Origin: a virus | Lineage: Duplodnaviria > Caudoviricetes | Direction: 5' to 3' (one strand) | Length of the DNA stretch: 64,000 bases | IMG/VR virus record: IMGVR_UViG_3300026549_000043 | Location: 1-64,000 of that record | In this document: positions 9,289-22,000 of the stretch, piece after piece | How the letters are laid out: each line of letters opens with the position of its first letter | Numbering within the stretch: position 1 is the stretch's first letter | Made by a program: the position numbers and the translations under genes | Notes under the pieces: generated by a model | Seen by the model: only the letters and a program-made list of their open reading frames with translations | Databases searched by the model: none | Told to the model about the DNA's origin: nothing

Positions 9289-10560
9289 ATGCCAAAAATT
9301 ACGATCAAAGAACAAGAACGAGTTAGATTTAATTCCTTTGATGCCACAGATAACGTTGTATTGGTTCCACTTATGTATCTAGATACTGAGGATACTACTT
9401 CTAGACCTGTTAAAAAGATTGAATTATATGAAAGATTAACTGATTTTATCAATGATGTTGGTAGTGCTCCAAAAACAGGTGACGAAGTAGATAATACCTA
9501 TTATTTTATCTGTGAATTATTAAATCAGGGATTAAAAGTTTTAGTAAAGAGATGGCCATTGTCAACTGCATCAGGAGCTGGAACAGTAATTGAACAGTTT
9601 ACTGCTGCTGTTAATGGTTCAGCTGCTACCTCAGAAGCAGAAGCTGTTGCCGGTATTTTTACTGGCTTTGAGGATAAGAATTTATATAATATTAAATTCA
9701 TTACAGTTGGTGCTTTAGGAAACGGATATAATTTTAGATCGATCCTTTTAGCCTTGGCTGCAACCAGGGGTGACTGTATCGCTGTCTTAGATTTACCAAA
9801 TAACTATGACCAAGCTGCTATTTTATCAATGCCAAGTATTGGTGAGAAAGGCTTATATGGTACTTGTGTATGGCCATCATGCTATTTTAATTTATCAAAT
9901 TTTGCTAATTCTCGTACTGAAGCTGATGGCTTAAAGAGTATTGAAATGCCAGCATCTTTAGCTTACTTAGCTGCATTTGGAAGTAGCATTCAAACAAATG
10001 CTGACTGGTTTGCTGTATCTGGAGCAATTAGAGGTGTTATTCCAGATTTAGTAGCTCCTAAGTTTGAAGTTGGTGAAAGATTTATGCATGTACTTCAGGG
10101 TGATTCATTACCTGAAGGCGGAGATTCACCATTAGAAGTTAGAGTTAACCCAATCATGAATGCCGGTTCATATGGATATAGAATTTGGGGTAATAGAACT
10201 GCTTCAAGTGCTAGCACTGGTGCTGTTGGTGTTCAGGACTTTAGATTTAGAGATTTCTTAAATATTAGAGTTCTATTATGTGATATTAAGAAACAAATTT
10301 ATCATGCTGCCATGAGAACAACCTTTGAACCTAATGATGATATTACTTGGGTTAACTTCAAGAAATTATGTAATACATTATTAGATCAGATGCAGTCTGG
10401 TAGAGGTATTACATGGTATTCTTGGAGAAAGGTTGAAACTGATAAGAAGGCTACAATTAAGGCTGTTTTATCAATTAGACCAATCGAAGCTGTTGAATAC
10501 TTTGATATTACAATTAACTTAACTGATGAAGAAGTTGAGTTTGAAGAAGAATCTATTTAA
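9289..10560 (+). CDS. Contractile tail sheath protein
   Basis: RGDCIAVLD, VNPI...IWGNRT, FLNIRVLL, FEPNDDITW, RPIEAVEYFDI. Confidence 0.92.
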   Translation: MPKITIKEQERVRFNSFDATDNVVLVPLMYLDTEDTTSRPVKKIELYERLTDFINDVGSAPKTGDEVDNTYYFICELLNQGLKVLVKRWPLSTASGAGTVIEQFTAAVNGSAATSEAEAVAGIFTGFEDKNLYNIKFITVGALGNGYNFRSILLALAATRGDCIAVLDLPNNYDQAAILSMPSIGEKGLYGTCVWPSCYFNLSNFANSRTEADGLKSIEMPASLAYLAAFGSSIQTNADWFAVSGAIRGVIPDLVAPKFEVGERFMHVLQGDSLPEGGDSPLEVRVNPIMNAGSYGYRIWGNRTASSASTGAVGVQDFRFRDFLNIRVLLCDIKKQIYHAAMRTTFEPNDDITWVNFKKLCNTLLDQMQSGRGITWYSWRKVETDKKATIKAVLSIRPIEAVEYFDITINLTDEEVEFEEESI

Positions 10561-10573
10561 GGGAGGATAAAAT

Positions 10574-11140
10574 ATGTCAGAATTTGGAACATATCATTTA
10601 GCGGATAACCCTACCGTTTATCAGCCTGTTAGACAAAATAACTTTAGATTTATTGTTTCAGGCTTGGATAATTTATTAAGAGTCGGTGAAGATCCAGAAA
10701 GTACTACTTCATATATTACTAATGCTCAGGAAGTATTAGATTTCTCAGTAGTATCTTTTAACCCACCACACTTCTCTCAGGGAGAAATTGAAGTTAAGCG
10801 TGGAAATAGTACCGTATACTATGCTAGTACTCCAACTTTCTCAGATAATCAGTTAGTTATTAATGACTTCGTTGGAGCTGATGGAAAATCTGTCTTATTA
10901 GCTTGGCAGTCATTATCTTATAATGTAATTGATGATACTATTCCTAGTTCAGATAAATACAAGGTAGATGCTACCGTATTAGAATATTTACCTGATAATA
11001 CTTTAGTCCGTTACTGGGATTTAAAGGGTTGCTGGGTAAAAGGAATTTCTGAAGTTGAATGGAATAATGAAAGTTCAGGAAAGAAGACTGTAACTGCTAC
11101 AATTAGATTTGATAGAGCAATCCCTCATTTACCAGATTAA
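10574..11140 (+). CDS. Tail tube protein (gp19-like)
   Basis: PVRQNNFRF, WDLKGCW and TIRFDRA motifs; follows the sheath gene. Confidence 0.85.
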   Translation: MSEFGTYHLADNPTVYQPVRQNNFRFIVSGLDNLLRVGEDPESTTSYITNAQEVLDFSVVSFNPPHFSQGEIEVKRGNSTVYYASTPTFSDNQLVINDFVGADGKSVLLAWQSLSYNVIDDTIPSSDKYKVDATVLEYLPDNTLVRYWDLKGCWVKGISEVEWNNESSGKKTVTATIRFDRAIPHLPD

Positions 11141-11183
11141 TATATAATATTGTATTATATATTATTCGAGGAGGCTTTGCATT

Positions 11184-11936
11184 ATGAATAATATTACTAT
11201 TCAAGAAGAATATAGTTTACCATCAAAAGGCTTGCTCTATGGTAAGCCTTTTGATCCAACGGTAAAATTAAGAAGTATGACTGTAGCTGAAGAGATGAAA
11301 AGATTAACAGCTACTGAAAATCCATATAAGACTATGGCCGAAATTATTGAAGATTGTTTAATTACTAAGCTTCCAGTTTCGGTATACGACTTATGTATTG
11401 GAGATTACCAATATTTATTACATAAATTAAGAGTAGTTACTTATGGCCCAGAATATAGAGTTTCTGTAGCATGCCCTTTCTGTGGTAGTATTTTCGACCA
11501 AACAATAAATTTAGATGATTTAAAGGTTAGTTACTTTTCAGAAGATTTATTAAAGGATTTAACCATAAACCTTCCTTCAACGGGAAAAACTGTAGAAATT
11601 GGTTTCCAGACTCCAAGAGATTTAGATAATATTGAAAAAAAGAAGAAGGAAATGAAAAGACAATTCCCAGATATGAAGGAAGACCCTACGATTCTTTTAA
11701 ATCTAGAAAGTATTATTAAAACCATAGATGGTCAACCAGTTAATCCTGCTACCATAAGAAATACTATTAAGAAGATGCCATTAAAAGATTCTACCTTAAT
11801 TTTACAAAGAGCTGAAAAATTAAATAGTAAGGTTGGTGTTGACGTTAATATTGTGGCTACTTGTACTGAATGTGGTCATGATGTTAACACAATATTTCGC
11901 TTCACAAGTGAATTTTTTAGACCCGAAATTGACTAA
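11184..11936 (+). CDS. Tail / baseplate hub assembly chaperone (T4 gp26-like)
   Basis: LPSKG, MTVAEE, GDYQYLLHKLR, CPFC, C-terminal FF. Confidence 0.75.
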   Translation: MNNITIQEEYSLPSKGLLYGKPFDPTVKLRSMTVAEEMKRLTATENPYKTMAEIIEDCLITKLPVSVYDLCIGDYQYLLHKLRVVTYGPEYRVSVACPFCGSIFDQTINLDDLKVSYFSEDLLKDLTINLPSTGKTVEIGFQTPRDLDNIEKKKKEMKRQFPDMKEDPTILLNLESIIKTIDGQPVNPATIRNTIKKMPLKDSTLILQRAEKLNSKVGVDVNIVATCTECGHDVNTIFRFTSEFFRPEID

Positions 11937-12150
11937 TGATGGAAAGCCGTACGGCCCATTTAGATATAAAGAAATAGTCAGAGAGTGCTATTTAATTTCA
12001 AAGAACTGTAATACCTCATACACTGATCTTATGAGTATTACTCCAATAGAAAAAAATTATTTGTTGGAATTCATTACAGAAGAGTTTCAAAAAACTGAGG
12101 AACTTATGAAGAAAAACAATAATAATAATAGATTAGACTTATTTAAGTAA
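11833..12150 (+). CDS. gp51-like chaperone part; start uncertain, possibly reached by frameshift
   Basis: SYTDLMSITPIEKNYLL pattern; overlaps the previous gene in the +1 frame. Confidence 0.55.
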   Translation: MVLTLILWLLVLNVVMMLTQYFASQVNFLDPKLTNDGKPYGPFRYKEIVRECYLISKNCNTSYTDLMSITPIEKNYLLEFITEEFQKTEELMKKNNNNNRLDLFK

Positions 12151-12161
12151 AGGAGGTCATC

Positions 12162-14578
12162 ATGCCAAGTAATAAATCAAGTGAATTTAATCTTGATCAA
12201 AGAGATAAAGGTATTATTAGTGATGACCTTAAAAAGTCAAAAGAAAAAATAAAATCTCTAGAAGATTATCGAGAAAAACAACGTAAAGCCCAAAATAAAG
12301 AAGAATTAAAAGTTGTTGATCAAGCCCTAAAAAGAATTAGGGAAGAGCAAAAAAAGTTAAATAAAGAACTATACGATGCTAGGATTAAAGAAGCTAGAGA
12401 AGTAGCTGATATTGAGAAATCAATACAGGATCAAATCTCTGCCGAAAGAGATAAGTGGTTAGATGATTTTAATGCTGCTACTCATAAATTAAAAATAGGC
12501 GGCCAACAAATTCTTTATTTAGACGATACAACTAAGGGTAAAACTGCTAAGAAAGATTTGACGGCTTATTAAATGGATTTAAAGATTTAAAAAGTACTCT
12601 TGAAAATACCATGAATAGCTTCCTGGAAACCCAGTCAGCTATGGCTTATAATTTAAATGGTACGAGTAGATCATTAGAGGGTATTACTGATAATCTTGGT
12701 AAAGCATTAGGTGGTACTGGGTTAGTAAAACAGCAGGAAGTATATAAAAATTTACAAAACCTAGTTAATGAAGGTATTTTATATAACGTAGAGCAGAGAG
12801 CTTTCTTACAAACCATATCAGATGACCTGAATATGGTTTTTGATGCTAGTAATGGATCTTTAACTAGATTAATTAACTTACAACGAGTTGATTTATCTTC
12901 TAATAGGATGGCTATTGAAGCTTCCTTAAAAGAATTCTTAAATCAAAACTTTGAAACTAGTCAATATATCAAAGACGGATTTGCTAATGTTTCTAACGCC
13001 TTATTAGAAGCTCAGTCTATAATGAACGTCCAGAGTGGAATTAATCTTGAAGCTGTAGTACAACAGTGGATGGGTTCGTTATCTAGCGTTGGTATGAGTC
13101 AATCAACCATTGATGCTTTAGCTACTGCAATTGGCCAATTAGGTTCTGGAAATATTTCAGCCTTATCAGGAAGTAACATGCAAAACTTATTAGTCATGGG
13201 TGCTGCCAGGTCAGGACAATCTTATGCTCAGATGCTAACTGAAGGTTTAACTGGAGAATCAGTAAATGAATTAATGCGTGGTATTGTTGGCTATATCCAA
13301 GAAATTGGTGAAAGTACAAGTAACGTTGTTAGATCTGAATATGGAAGAATTTTTGGATTAAATGTTTCAGATATTGTAGCTGCTTCACAGGTTGGAAATG
13401 TAACTGAGAATGGAGTTATAACCGATGATATTAGTAGATTATTAGGTAGAATGAATGATTATGTTTATTCTACTCAACAAATTAATAATACCATTGAAAA
13501 TTTCATGTATGACTGGGCTACAGGTGTAGCTTCTAACAGAGATACTTATACTATGTACCGAATGACCGATATGCTAGGCAGTGTTGCTTCCCAGTTCGTA
13601 GGCGGTATGACCCTAGGAGTTAATTTCTTAGGTAATCAAATTACTACTGAGCTTGGCCCAATTTTAAGTGCAGCCCCATTAATAGCTACATTACCAAGTT
13701 TAATGGATTCTATTAACAATCTTGGTCCTAATATTGGAGAAACTTTAGATAATGCCTTTGGTGATACTTTCATTGGTAAGGGTATATCAAAATTAGTTAA
13801 TGAAAATACTCAGGGAATTTTTTCTGATGGTACCAACACGGTTGGTGCTAGAAGAGTTACTGGAGCTAATAGAATTTTCAATTTATTAGGTAACGGGCAA
13901 GATAGATCTCAATATATTAGAAGTACTGGATTACTTGGTGGGTTTACTAGAACTTCAGGTATAGAAAATTCTGGGGCTATGATTATTGGAAATACCAATG
14001 TTTCAGATATAGCTAGAAGTGCTAAAACTAGTGCTACAGATTTTGCTACTGAAAATTTAATTGATCAACCAGAAGAATACTATGATACAACTGATTTATA
14101 TAAGTTATTATCTTCAAGCCCAGATGGTCAAGAATGGCTATATGCATCTGATACTCATAAGTTATTAACTAATATTTATAGCAGTGGTGAGTCTAACTTA
14201 CATGGGGAATTAACTTCAATTAATTCTACTTTAAATGGATCAATCCATGAAATGTTAAATACTATTAATGATAGTATTTTATCATTACCTCAATATGAAT
14301 ATTCAACCTATTCAAAGATTGTAGCCTCAGCTAATACGGTTACAATCGGAAATGATTTGTCTTATGTTTCTGATGTAATGACTTTGTCTGCTATGAATAT
14401 TCAAAATATTTATAATTTATTATTCTCAACATTCATCGAAGGTGCTGGTGCCTATAAAGAATTAAGTACTGAAGGCTTTGGATCTAATGATACCAATAGA
14501 GCTGCTTTAGGCTGAGGGTTCAATCCTAATACTTCGGAAATAGGCTTAGTTCCTTCAACACAATCACAAGGCTTATAA
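12162..14578 (+). CDS. Tape measure protein (frame break near 12550; TGA=Trp at 14513)
   Basis: Coiled-coil N-part, then an A/G/S/L-rich helical region; canonical position after the chaperones; the downstream frame is open back to ~12552. Confidence 0.7.
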
Positions 14579-14592
14579 GGAGGTTAAATTAG

Positions 14593-15795
14593 ATGTATTA
14601 TAAATTTAATGAAACCAACATAGCTACTGGATATATTAAGGAACTATTAAAGGAATTTAATTTACCAATATATAAAGTATATACCGGTGATGTAAATAAT
14701 CCAGATGAAATAATATATCCAGGGAGATTTTATATAAATAAAAATAATATCTATGTAGGAGATAATTCTACCGAATCTCCTTCCTTAATAGAAGTAAATA
14801 AATATATTTATAATAGAAAACAAATTAATATTACTAAAAATTTAGTTATTAAATCATCTATATATGATTCATATACCCATACTTATTTAGGTAATTATTT
14901 AAGATTTTTAAGAGATTATAATAAAATTAATTTAATGCCTTTATATAATTGTTTTAACACTGAGACTTTAAATGGAGTTAATTTTTATATCACTACTAAA
15001 CTTGGGAATACTTTTGAAGTAAATACTAATAATAGTTCATATAATTATTATTTAGTCCCGATTAAATTTAATGAACAATATACAATTGCAATAGATTCTC
15101 CTACTAATTATGAAATCTGTTGTTTAATACATTCAACTTCAGAAATAACTGACTTATCTAAAGAATTAATGGCTAATACCTATACTAAAATTCCAGGGTC
15201 ACAGTTTAGTTCACCATATTTATATTCCACTGATTTTGATGCCAGTAAATATTGGCCTTTTGAAAATAACTTAAGGTTATTAATTAAACTCCCAAAGATT
15301 ATTGGTGATACTACAATAACAGTACTTGAGGGTAATTATACAGCTGGTGTAAAATGTCAGAATTCTATCATAGGCGAAATGGCCATTGATGATAAAAATT
15401 CTGTAGGAGTTTATCCTACTAGATTATCTTTATTAGAAGTTAATGATAAAGTATCATACCCATTTGCGGATAGGTTAATAGAATATTTAACTAATAATGC
15501 TATTATACCACAGGATCAAATAACAGATAATATTGGTAGACTTCAACAGGCTGTATATCGAAATACCTATTTTAAGGGAATATATGACCTATGAGGACCA
15601 TCACTTAAAAAAGAAATTTTTTATCAATTAAATAATCCAAGTGATAAGCGAGTAAGTTATGAAATTAAATCAGTAACATCAGATGAAACATACATTGCTA
15701 ATAACTCTAAAATAAAGTATTTAGATTTAAAGAATGATCTATTATCTTATGGGGATAAAGACGCTGAAACATTCTTAGGGGTATTGAGATGGTAG
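14593..15795 (+). CDS. Baseplate-module hypothetical protein (TGA=Trp at 15592)
   Basis: Readthrough fills the gap and overlaps the next start. Confidence 0.6.
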
Positions 15796-16592
15796 AACGT
15801 GCTAAATTAATAGATAATTATATATATTTTTATCACCTAGAAAAATTCTGTGTATTACCATTATACCCAGAATCAATTTCTGATACTTTAAATAGTACCT
15901 TCGTGCCTACTAATGCATTGTCTAGATCAGCTCCAGTATATACTTATTCTAATTCTGGTCCAAGATCAGTTCAGATATCTTTAAAGTTACATCGAGATAT
16001 GATGAATGATGTAAATACCAATGTTAGTAATTTAGATTCTAGAGTAGTAGAATTCAGGAATGAATACTATGACAATCGTGATGAAGATTATATTGATATT
16101 TTGATTAAATATTTACAAAGTGTAGCATTACCAAAATATCAAATTTATAACTCAGGATCTAAAGCAGTAATTCCTCCAATGATAGCCCTAAGATTTGGAA
16201 ATGATATTTTCATTAAAGGTGTAGTCAATGGTGGTATAACTGTTACCTATGAAAAGCCAATATTAGTAGGCAATAAATATGCTATTGCCAACATTAGTTT
16301 TAACGTTACTGAAACTGACCCATATGATGCAGTCAGCGTGGTTCAAACTGGATCATTTAGAGGAGTTTCAAGTACATTTAAAAATGGAATTTATAAGAGT
16401 GAATCTAGTACCCTCGGAGGATCTACTTCAGAAAATGGAAATCATCGTGGTGTATCAGGTTCTGGCAGTAGAGACTCACTAAGTAAATCAAATAATGAAA
16501 GAACTAATTTAAATGAAAATGGTAATTTATTAACTTACCTTAAAGAACCAGATCTAGATTTTGTATTTGGCGGAGTTAAAAGGAGGAGGTAG
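15789..16592 (+). CDS. Tail tube initiator / baseplate protein
   Basis: LSRSAPVYTYSNSGPR, PPMIALRFG, IKGVV. Confidence 0.6.
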   Translation: MVERAKLIDNYIYFYHLEKFCVLPLYPESISDTLNSTFVPTNALSRSAPVYTYSNSGPRSVQISLKLHRDMMNDVNTNVSNLDSRVVEFRNEYYDNRDEDYIDILIKYLQSVALPKYQIYNSGSKAVIPPMIALRFGNDIFIKGVVNGGITVTYEKPILVGNKYAIANISFNVTETDPYDAVSVVQTGSFRGVSSTFKNGIYKSESSTLGGSTSENGNHRGVSGSGSRDSLSKSNNERTNLNENGNLLTYLKEPDLDFVFGGVKRRR

Positions 16593-16594
16593 TT

Positions 16595-16912
16595 ATGGAA
16601 GTTTTAACTGATAAATCAATAAAAACCTATGACTATACCTCCAGGTATGCTCCTTTCCCATTCTATTTTAATAACGAAGATAATAAATATGTTTATGGAT
16701 TGACCAGCCAATTAAGTTTAAATACAGAATATACTATTCATATGGTCAAGGACACCGATACCCTTGATTATTTAGCTTATTACTATTATGGTAGGCCTGA
16801 TTTATTCTGGGTTATTGCTGACTTCAATCGTATTCAAGACCCATACATAAAATTATCTGATAAATTTAATTTTATATACATCCCATCGCTTTCAGGGGTA
16901 AGATATATTTAA
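16595..16912 (+). CDS. LysM-like baseplate wedge protein (gp53/gpX-like)
   Basis: DTLDYLAYYYYGRPDLFWVIADFN. Confidence 0.8.
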   Translation: MEVLTDKSIKTYDYTSRYAPFPFYFNNEDNKYVYGLTSQLSLNTEYTIHMVKDTDTLDYLAYYYYGRPDLFWVIADFNRIQDPYIKLSDKFNFIYIPSLSGVRYI

Positions 16913-16913
16913 T

Positions 16914-18230
16914 ATGGCTCAAATTATACAAGAAGTACCTGATGTATCTAGATCTAAAACTAGTAATAGAAATAGGATTGGTTCTCTAATTTCTAATACC
17001 TCCAGAGTAGAAGCTCCATTTATAAGAGTTAAAATAGGTGGCTATACCTTTGGTGTTTATGAAGAAAGAGAAACTACTATTGGAAATAATGGGATGTATA
17101 AAAATGTTTCAGCTAAGTACCCGAATTTTGTTCAATCGCTTGAAATAAAAAAGATTAATGGAACAGTCAATCAATATACCTTGGGAATATCTTATCCAGT
17201 AGCATATAATGATGACCCTAATTTCTTTGAAAAGCTTTTTAGTTCAATTTCACAAACTAGATTAATCAGTATTGATTATGGTGATTTTTCTTTACCTGAA
17301 TATATTTATAAAGAAGAAGAAGCTATTATAACTGACGTGTCTACTTCTTTCAATATGCAAAACACTGTGATTAATTATACTATTAAAGCTACCAGTACTG
17401 CCAGTTTAACCTTAAGTGGTTGTTATACTTTAGGAAATGTAACAACAAAACCAAGTGATGAAATAAAAAGAATTTTATATGATCCAGAATATCATCTAGT
17501 AGATGTTTTTGTTGGAATGAAAGATCGTAGCCTGGTAGAACAATCTGGATTAATTGCTTCTGATGATAAAATAGTTCATATCCCTACATGTACTAATATT
17601 TCTGTTTTAGATTATATTGCTTTATTAGTTTCATATATGACTCCAGCAGGAAGTCCTGGTACAAGTGCTATAAAAAGTAATGTATATTCTTTAACTACTA
17701 TGGAAGATACTTCAGGTGTTTATGGTGGACCATATTTTATGGTACAAAAAATCCAAAGTTCTACTAATACTTTAAATAAGTTATGTACTTATGAAATAGA
17801 TATTGGATATCAAACGGCCAATATCGTAACTAGCTTTAGTTTAAAAAATAGTAGTAACTGGTCAATTTATTATAATTATAATAATTCCTTAGGTAATTCT
17901 GATTATATTAAAAGAATTAATTCTAATGGAGAATTGGATTATGAATTCTCACCTCTTATTACTGGCACTAGGTTTGATTTAAATGAATCAGATAAATCTT
18001 GGTGAACTAAAGTAACAGAATTTCCAGTACAGGCTACTATAAATATTAAAGGATTATTAAAACCTGCTATCTTAATGAATTATGTAAAATTAAATGTGTG
18101 GTTCTATGGTCATAAGCATAATTCATCTGGTTATTATATTATAACTGGTCAAACTGACCGAATAGACTATGGTGGTTATAGAACAACTCTTGAATTAACC
18201 AGAGTAGCACCTGATGAGGAGATGTTATAA
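16914..18230 (+). CDS. Baseplate hub protein (TGA=Trp at 18003)
   Basis: Readthrough adds ATINIKG...SGYYIITGQTDRID..GYRTTLEL, a typical hub C-terminus, and ends in a TAATG overlap. Confidence 0.75.
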
Positions 18231-18649
18231 TGATATTAAAAGGGTATATAAAATCACTACCTAAAAATGGTACTAATATATTTAGAGTTAGAATACCATT
18301 TCTGGAAGATAATACAAGTAGAGAAATGGTCTTCGATGCTTTACTATGTAATCAACCAGGTGAATATCAAGGCTATGAAGTGGGAGACTGTGTCTTTGTA
18401 ATTTTTGAAAACGATAAATTAAACACTCCTGTAATAATGGGTAAATTATATATTGAAGATAGTAAATATTCTAAATCACATCATATTGTTAATAACCTAG
18501 ATGTTAATGGTACTGTAAATTTACCAGATAATACCACTATAGGTGGGTATTCTATAAATGATATTTTCCAGTTACAACAAGCTTCTTATATGGCTAATAA
18601 TCGTGAAGATATTCCATATAATTATGAACTTGTTGGCACTTGGTCTTAA
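18230..18649 (+). CDS. Baseplate spike (gp5/gpV OB fold)
   Basis: FRVRIP, VGDCVFVIFE, PVIMGKL. Confidence 0.75.
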   Translation: MILKGYIKSLPKNGTNIFRVRIPFLEDNTSREMVFDALLCNQPGEYQGYEVGDCVFVIFENDKLNTPVIMGKLYIEDSKYSKSHHIVNNLDVNGTVNLPDNTTIGGYSINDIFQLQQASYMANNREDIPYNYELVGTWS

Positions 18650-18663
18650 GGTGGTAGATTATA

Positions 18664-19032
18664 ATGAGATCAATAAAATTTCCAGATATTTTTAATAGAA
18701 CTACAACTAACATATCAAAAGACTACTATGCTACATTACAAAATTTAAAGATGTTATTATATTCAAATAAGGGTGAATTATTTGGAGATCCTTATTTTGG
18801 GTCTAATTTAAAAAAATATTTATATGATCAAAATGATGTTATATTAAGAGATATTTTAATTGATGATATATACACGGCTATTACTACTTTCATGCCACAA
18901 ATTTATATTGAAAGAAATAACATTACAATAAAAAGTGAAGATAACAAAGTTATTATAAATATAGTAGCTTTAAATAGAGCTAATTATCAAACTGATTTAT
19001 ATAGCTTGGTTTTATTAGATACTATTGTTTAA
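18664..19032 (+). CDS. gp25-like baseplate wedge / sheath initiator
   Basis: LYSNKGELFGDPYFGSNL. Confidence 0.85.
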   Translation: MRSIKFPDIFNRTTTNISKDYYATLQNLKMLLYSNKGELFGDPYFGSNLKKYLYDQNDVILRDILIDDIYTAITTFMPQIYIERNNITIKSEDNKVIINIVALNRANYQTDLYSLVLLDTIV

Positions 19033-19065
19033 TGTATATTATTTATTATGGAGGGTAAATAAAAA

Positions 19066-22000
19066 ATGATTAATGATAACGATATCCAATTATCTAAAAT
19101 GTCATTTACAGATAAAGACTTTGCTTCCCTTTACCCAGATTTATTAGATTTGGCTAGACAGCTTACTAATGAATGGGATCCTAGTCAATCAACTAATGAA
19201 TCAGATCCAGGAGTAGTTTTATTAAAAGAGGGTGCATTTATTGCTGACCACAATAATTATAATATTGATAAAAATATTTTGGAAGCTTTTTTACCTTCTG
19301 CTACACAGGATAGATCAGTACGAAATATTACTGAAATGAATGGTTACACTCCAAGATACTATGTGTCTGCGGTTGGAGATGTAACAATTACTTATAAACC
19401 AGAAGATGAAACTAATGTTAATGGTTTCATCATCCCGGCCTTCACCTTAGTAGCTACGAATAAAAATGAAGACGTAGCTTATACTCAAATTAGTAACTTA
19501 ACTATAAATAGACCAGGAGTTCCTTCTTCATGTAGATTTATGGAGGGTACTCTTAATACTTTAAAAATCAATGGTACTGACCAGATCTTACTTGAAAATA
19601 TTGATGAAAATAATAGATTATATTTACCTAATATTTATATTCCACAGAATGGTATTTTTGTTAAAAACTATGGTAGTAACGACAGTGACCTATGGGTTAG
19701 AAATAATTATTTATTAACACAACCACTAGGTTCAAAGATTTATAAATTTGACTTTGATTCAAGTGTAAATTTACCATACATTGAATTTCCTACAGATATT
19801 GTAAATATCATCGAAAATGGTTTATCTATTAGATATATTTCTACTACAGGTGTAAATGGTAATATTAAGAGTAATGAATTAATAAAGATTCAAACTCCAA
19901 AAGAATATGTTACTACAGAAGGGTATAATATAAAAGTTAGTGAAGATTTTGAGATATCCAATCAATCTTCTATCTTTAATGGTAAAAACCCTGAAACTAT
20001 AAATGAAATGTATAGATCATTTAAAAAGGTAGTTGGTACTTTTGATACCTTAGTAACTACAAAGGACTATACTAATGCCATTTTTAATTTTGAGGATGAA
20101 TATAATAATCCAATCATTTCTAATGATGTAGTTACTGATATTAGAAATGATTATAACTATTCAGCTAATGTTATTACATTTGACCAGTATGGTGAATATT
20201 TTGAAAATGTAAGTCTTAATTCCTTAACTTACCATTTTGTATTAAATGAGAGCGAAGCTTCAAATGAAGGAGATATCTGGTTCAACGGTACTGGGTATTC
20301 AGTAATAAAGAATGGTGTAGAGACTCCATTAACTTCATTATCATATAAGGATTTTTCAACTGCCAGTGAGGCTATGACTCCTTATGATTTATGCATTCAT
20401 GCATTGAAAGCATTTAGCATGAGTGATTATTTGGCTTCAGATCCAAGCTATGCAATTAAGAAATCTTTTGAACCTGCTGATATTCCAACAATGAAGGAAA
20501 TAAAGACTTCTTTAGGTGAATTAAAATGTATTAATCATACTTTTAAAGATATTGAGTCTGACGATGTTTATTACTTTAAAAATTACGTACCTTTATATGT
20601 TACAGTAACCCCATATTCAAAGGTAACTGAAAAAGAGAAAAATGAAATTTTCCAAAATTTATATAAAGCCATTTCTTCAAATTTTAACGCTAGAATGGTA
20701 GAATTTGGTGAAGAATTAAATTATGATGAAGTCTTAGATGTATTAAATAATGCTGACGACCGTATTAAGAGTATTAGATTAGAAGATTTTGAATATAGAC
20801 CAGTAGCTGTAAAATATAATCCGAATGTAATTACTGGTGATGAAATTACTGAATATGATGTTTATAGTACTACCAATTCAGAAATTTTAGTTGATTTAGT
20901 AGCTAAAAACGTTTTAGCTGGAAGATTATGTTTATTTAATATCGATGAAAATTATGATTATAAATATGGTCAACAGGATTTACAAACATTCCCAGATATT
21001 ATTAATATTGAGACTCAGTCAGTAATTCCTTCTAGCAGTGGCAGTGGTGGTGCTACAACTGAAACTAAGACTACTGGTGTAGAATTCTCAGGCGAAGAAA
21101 CTTCTGAAGGAAAATGGGGAGTTGAACTAAGAATCCCTGAAGCTACTTCTAGTAATACTTTCACTGTATCTAATGGTAGTAGTAAAAAATTACCAGTGGG
21201 AATGACCTTACAGGTTACACCTGTTAGATACTTTAATAATGATTTAACTAACTATACTCCTATTGATAGTGAGCAATTATATTTTACTAATAACATAAAT
21301 AATGACTATGTAAGAATTTATAATAATAATGTTTCAGGTAATACTGGTAACTGAACCTTTAGTACTTCTAATCCAAGGGTAGTACCAAGTGGAGCTCTGT
21401 CTATTGATGTTTCTGAAGTAGTCAATCAAATTGATGGTGGAAGTATTAACCATGTTGTTCAACAGAATGAATATGTACAGATAGCTTACCCTAATTATTA
21501 CTCTACTAAAATATACCCAGTATACTGTTATTATAGATATTATTTAGGCGGAGCTCAAAGTGATACTGATTTAAATAATCATGTAGTAAAGGCCAACACT
21601 GACTATAGGTTAAAATCTGGTGAATATTTAATAATGTTATATACTAAGGATGATCAAATCCAAGTTGATAAATATGGCCCAGGTGATACAATCAGAACAT
21701 CATTTGATATGAAGTATACTGATTCTTCTACAGGAACTAAGGTAGAAAAAACTTATACAAATGAAGTTGGAGCCCAGATTTCAGGTCAGTTCCTGGCTTT
21801 ATCTGCTAGCCAGCAAATAGAAATAAGAGAATTATTAGAAACCACTTTAAATAATATTAGTACTCCTTGTTTCTGGATAACAAATAATCCTGGAAATATT
21901 TTATTTGAAGAGAACCAAAGATCAGTTATTTTAGATTCAGGTGAATATTTCATCTATAGTAACCTCTCATATGATTCAATGGTAATCTTAGGAGCTGGAA

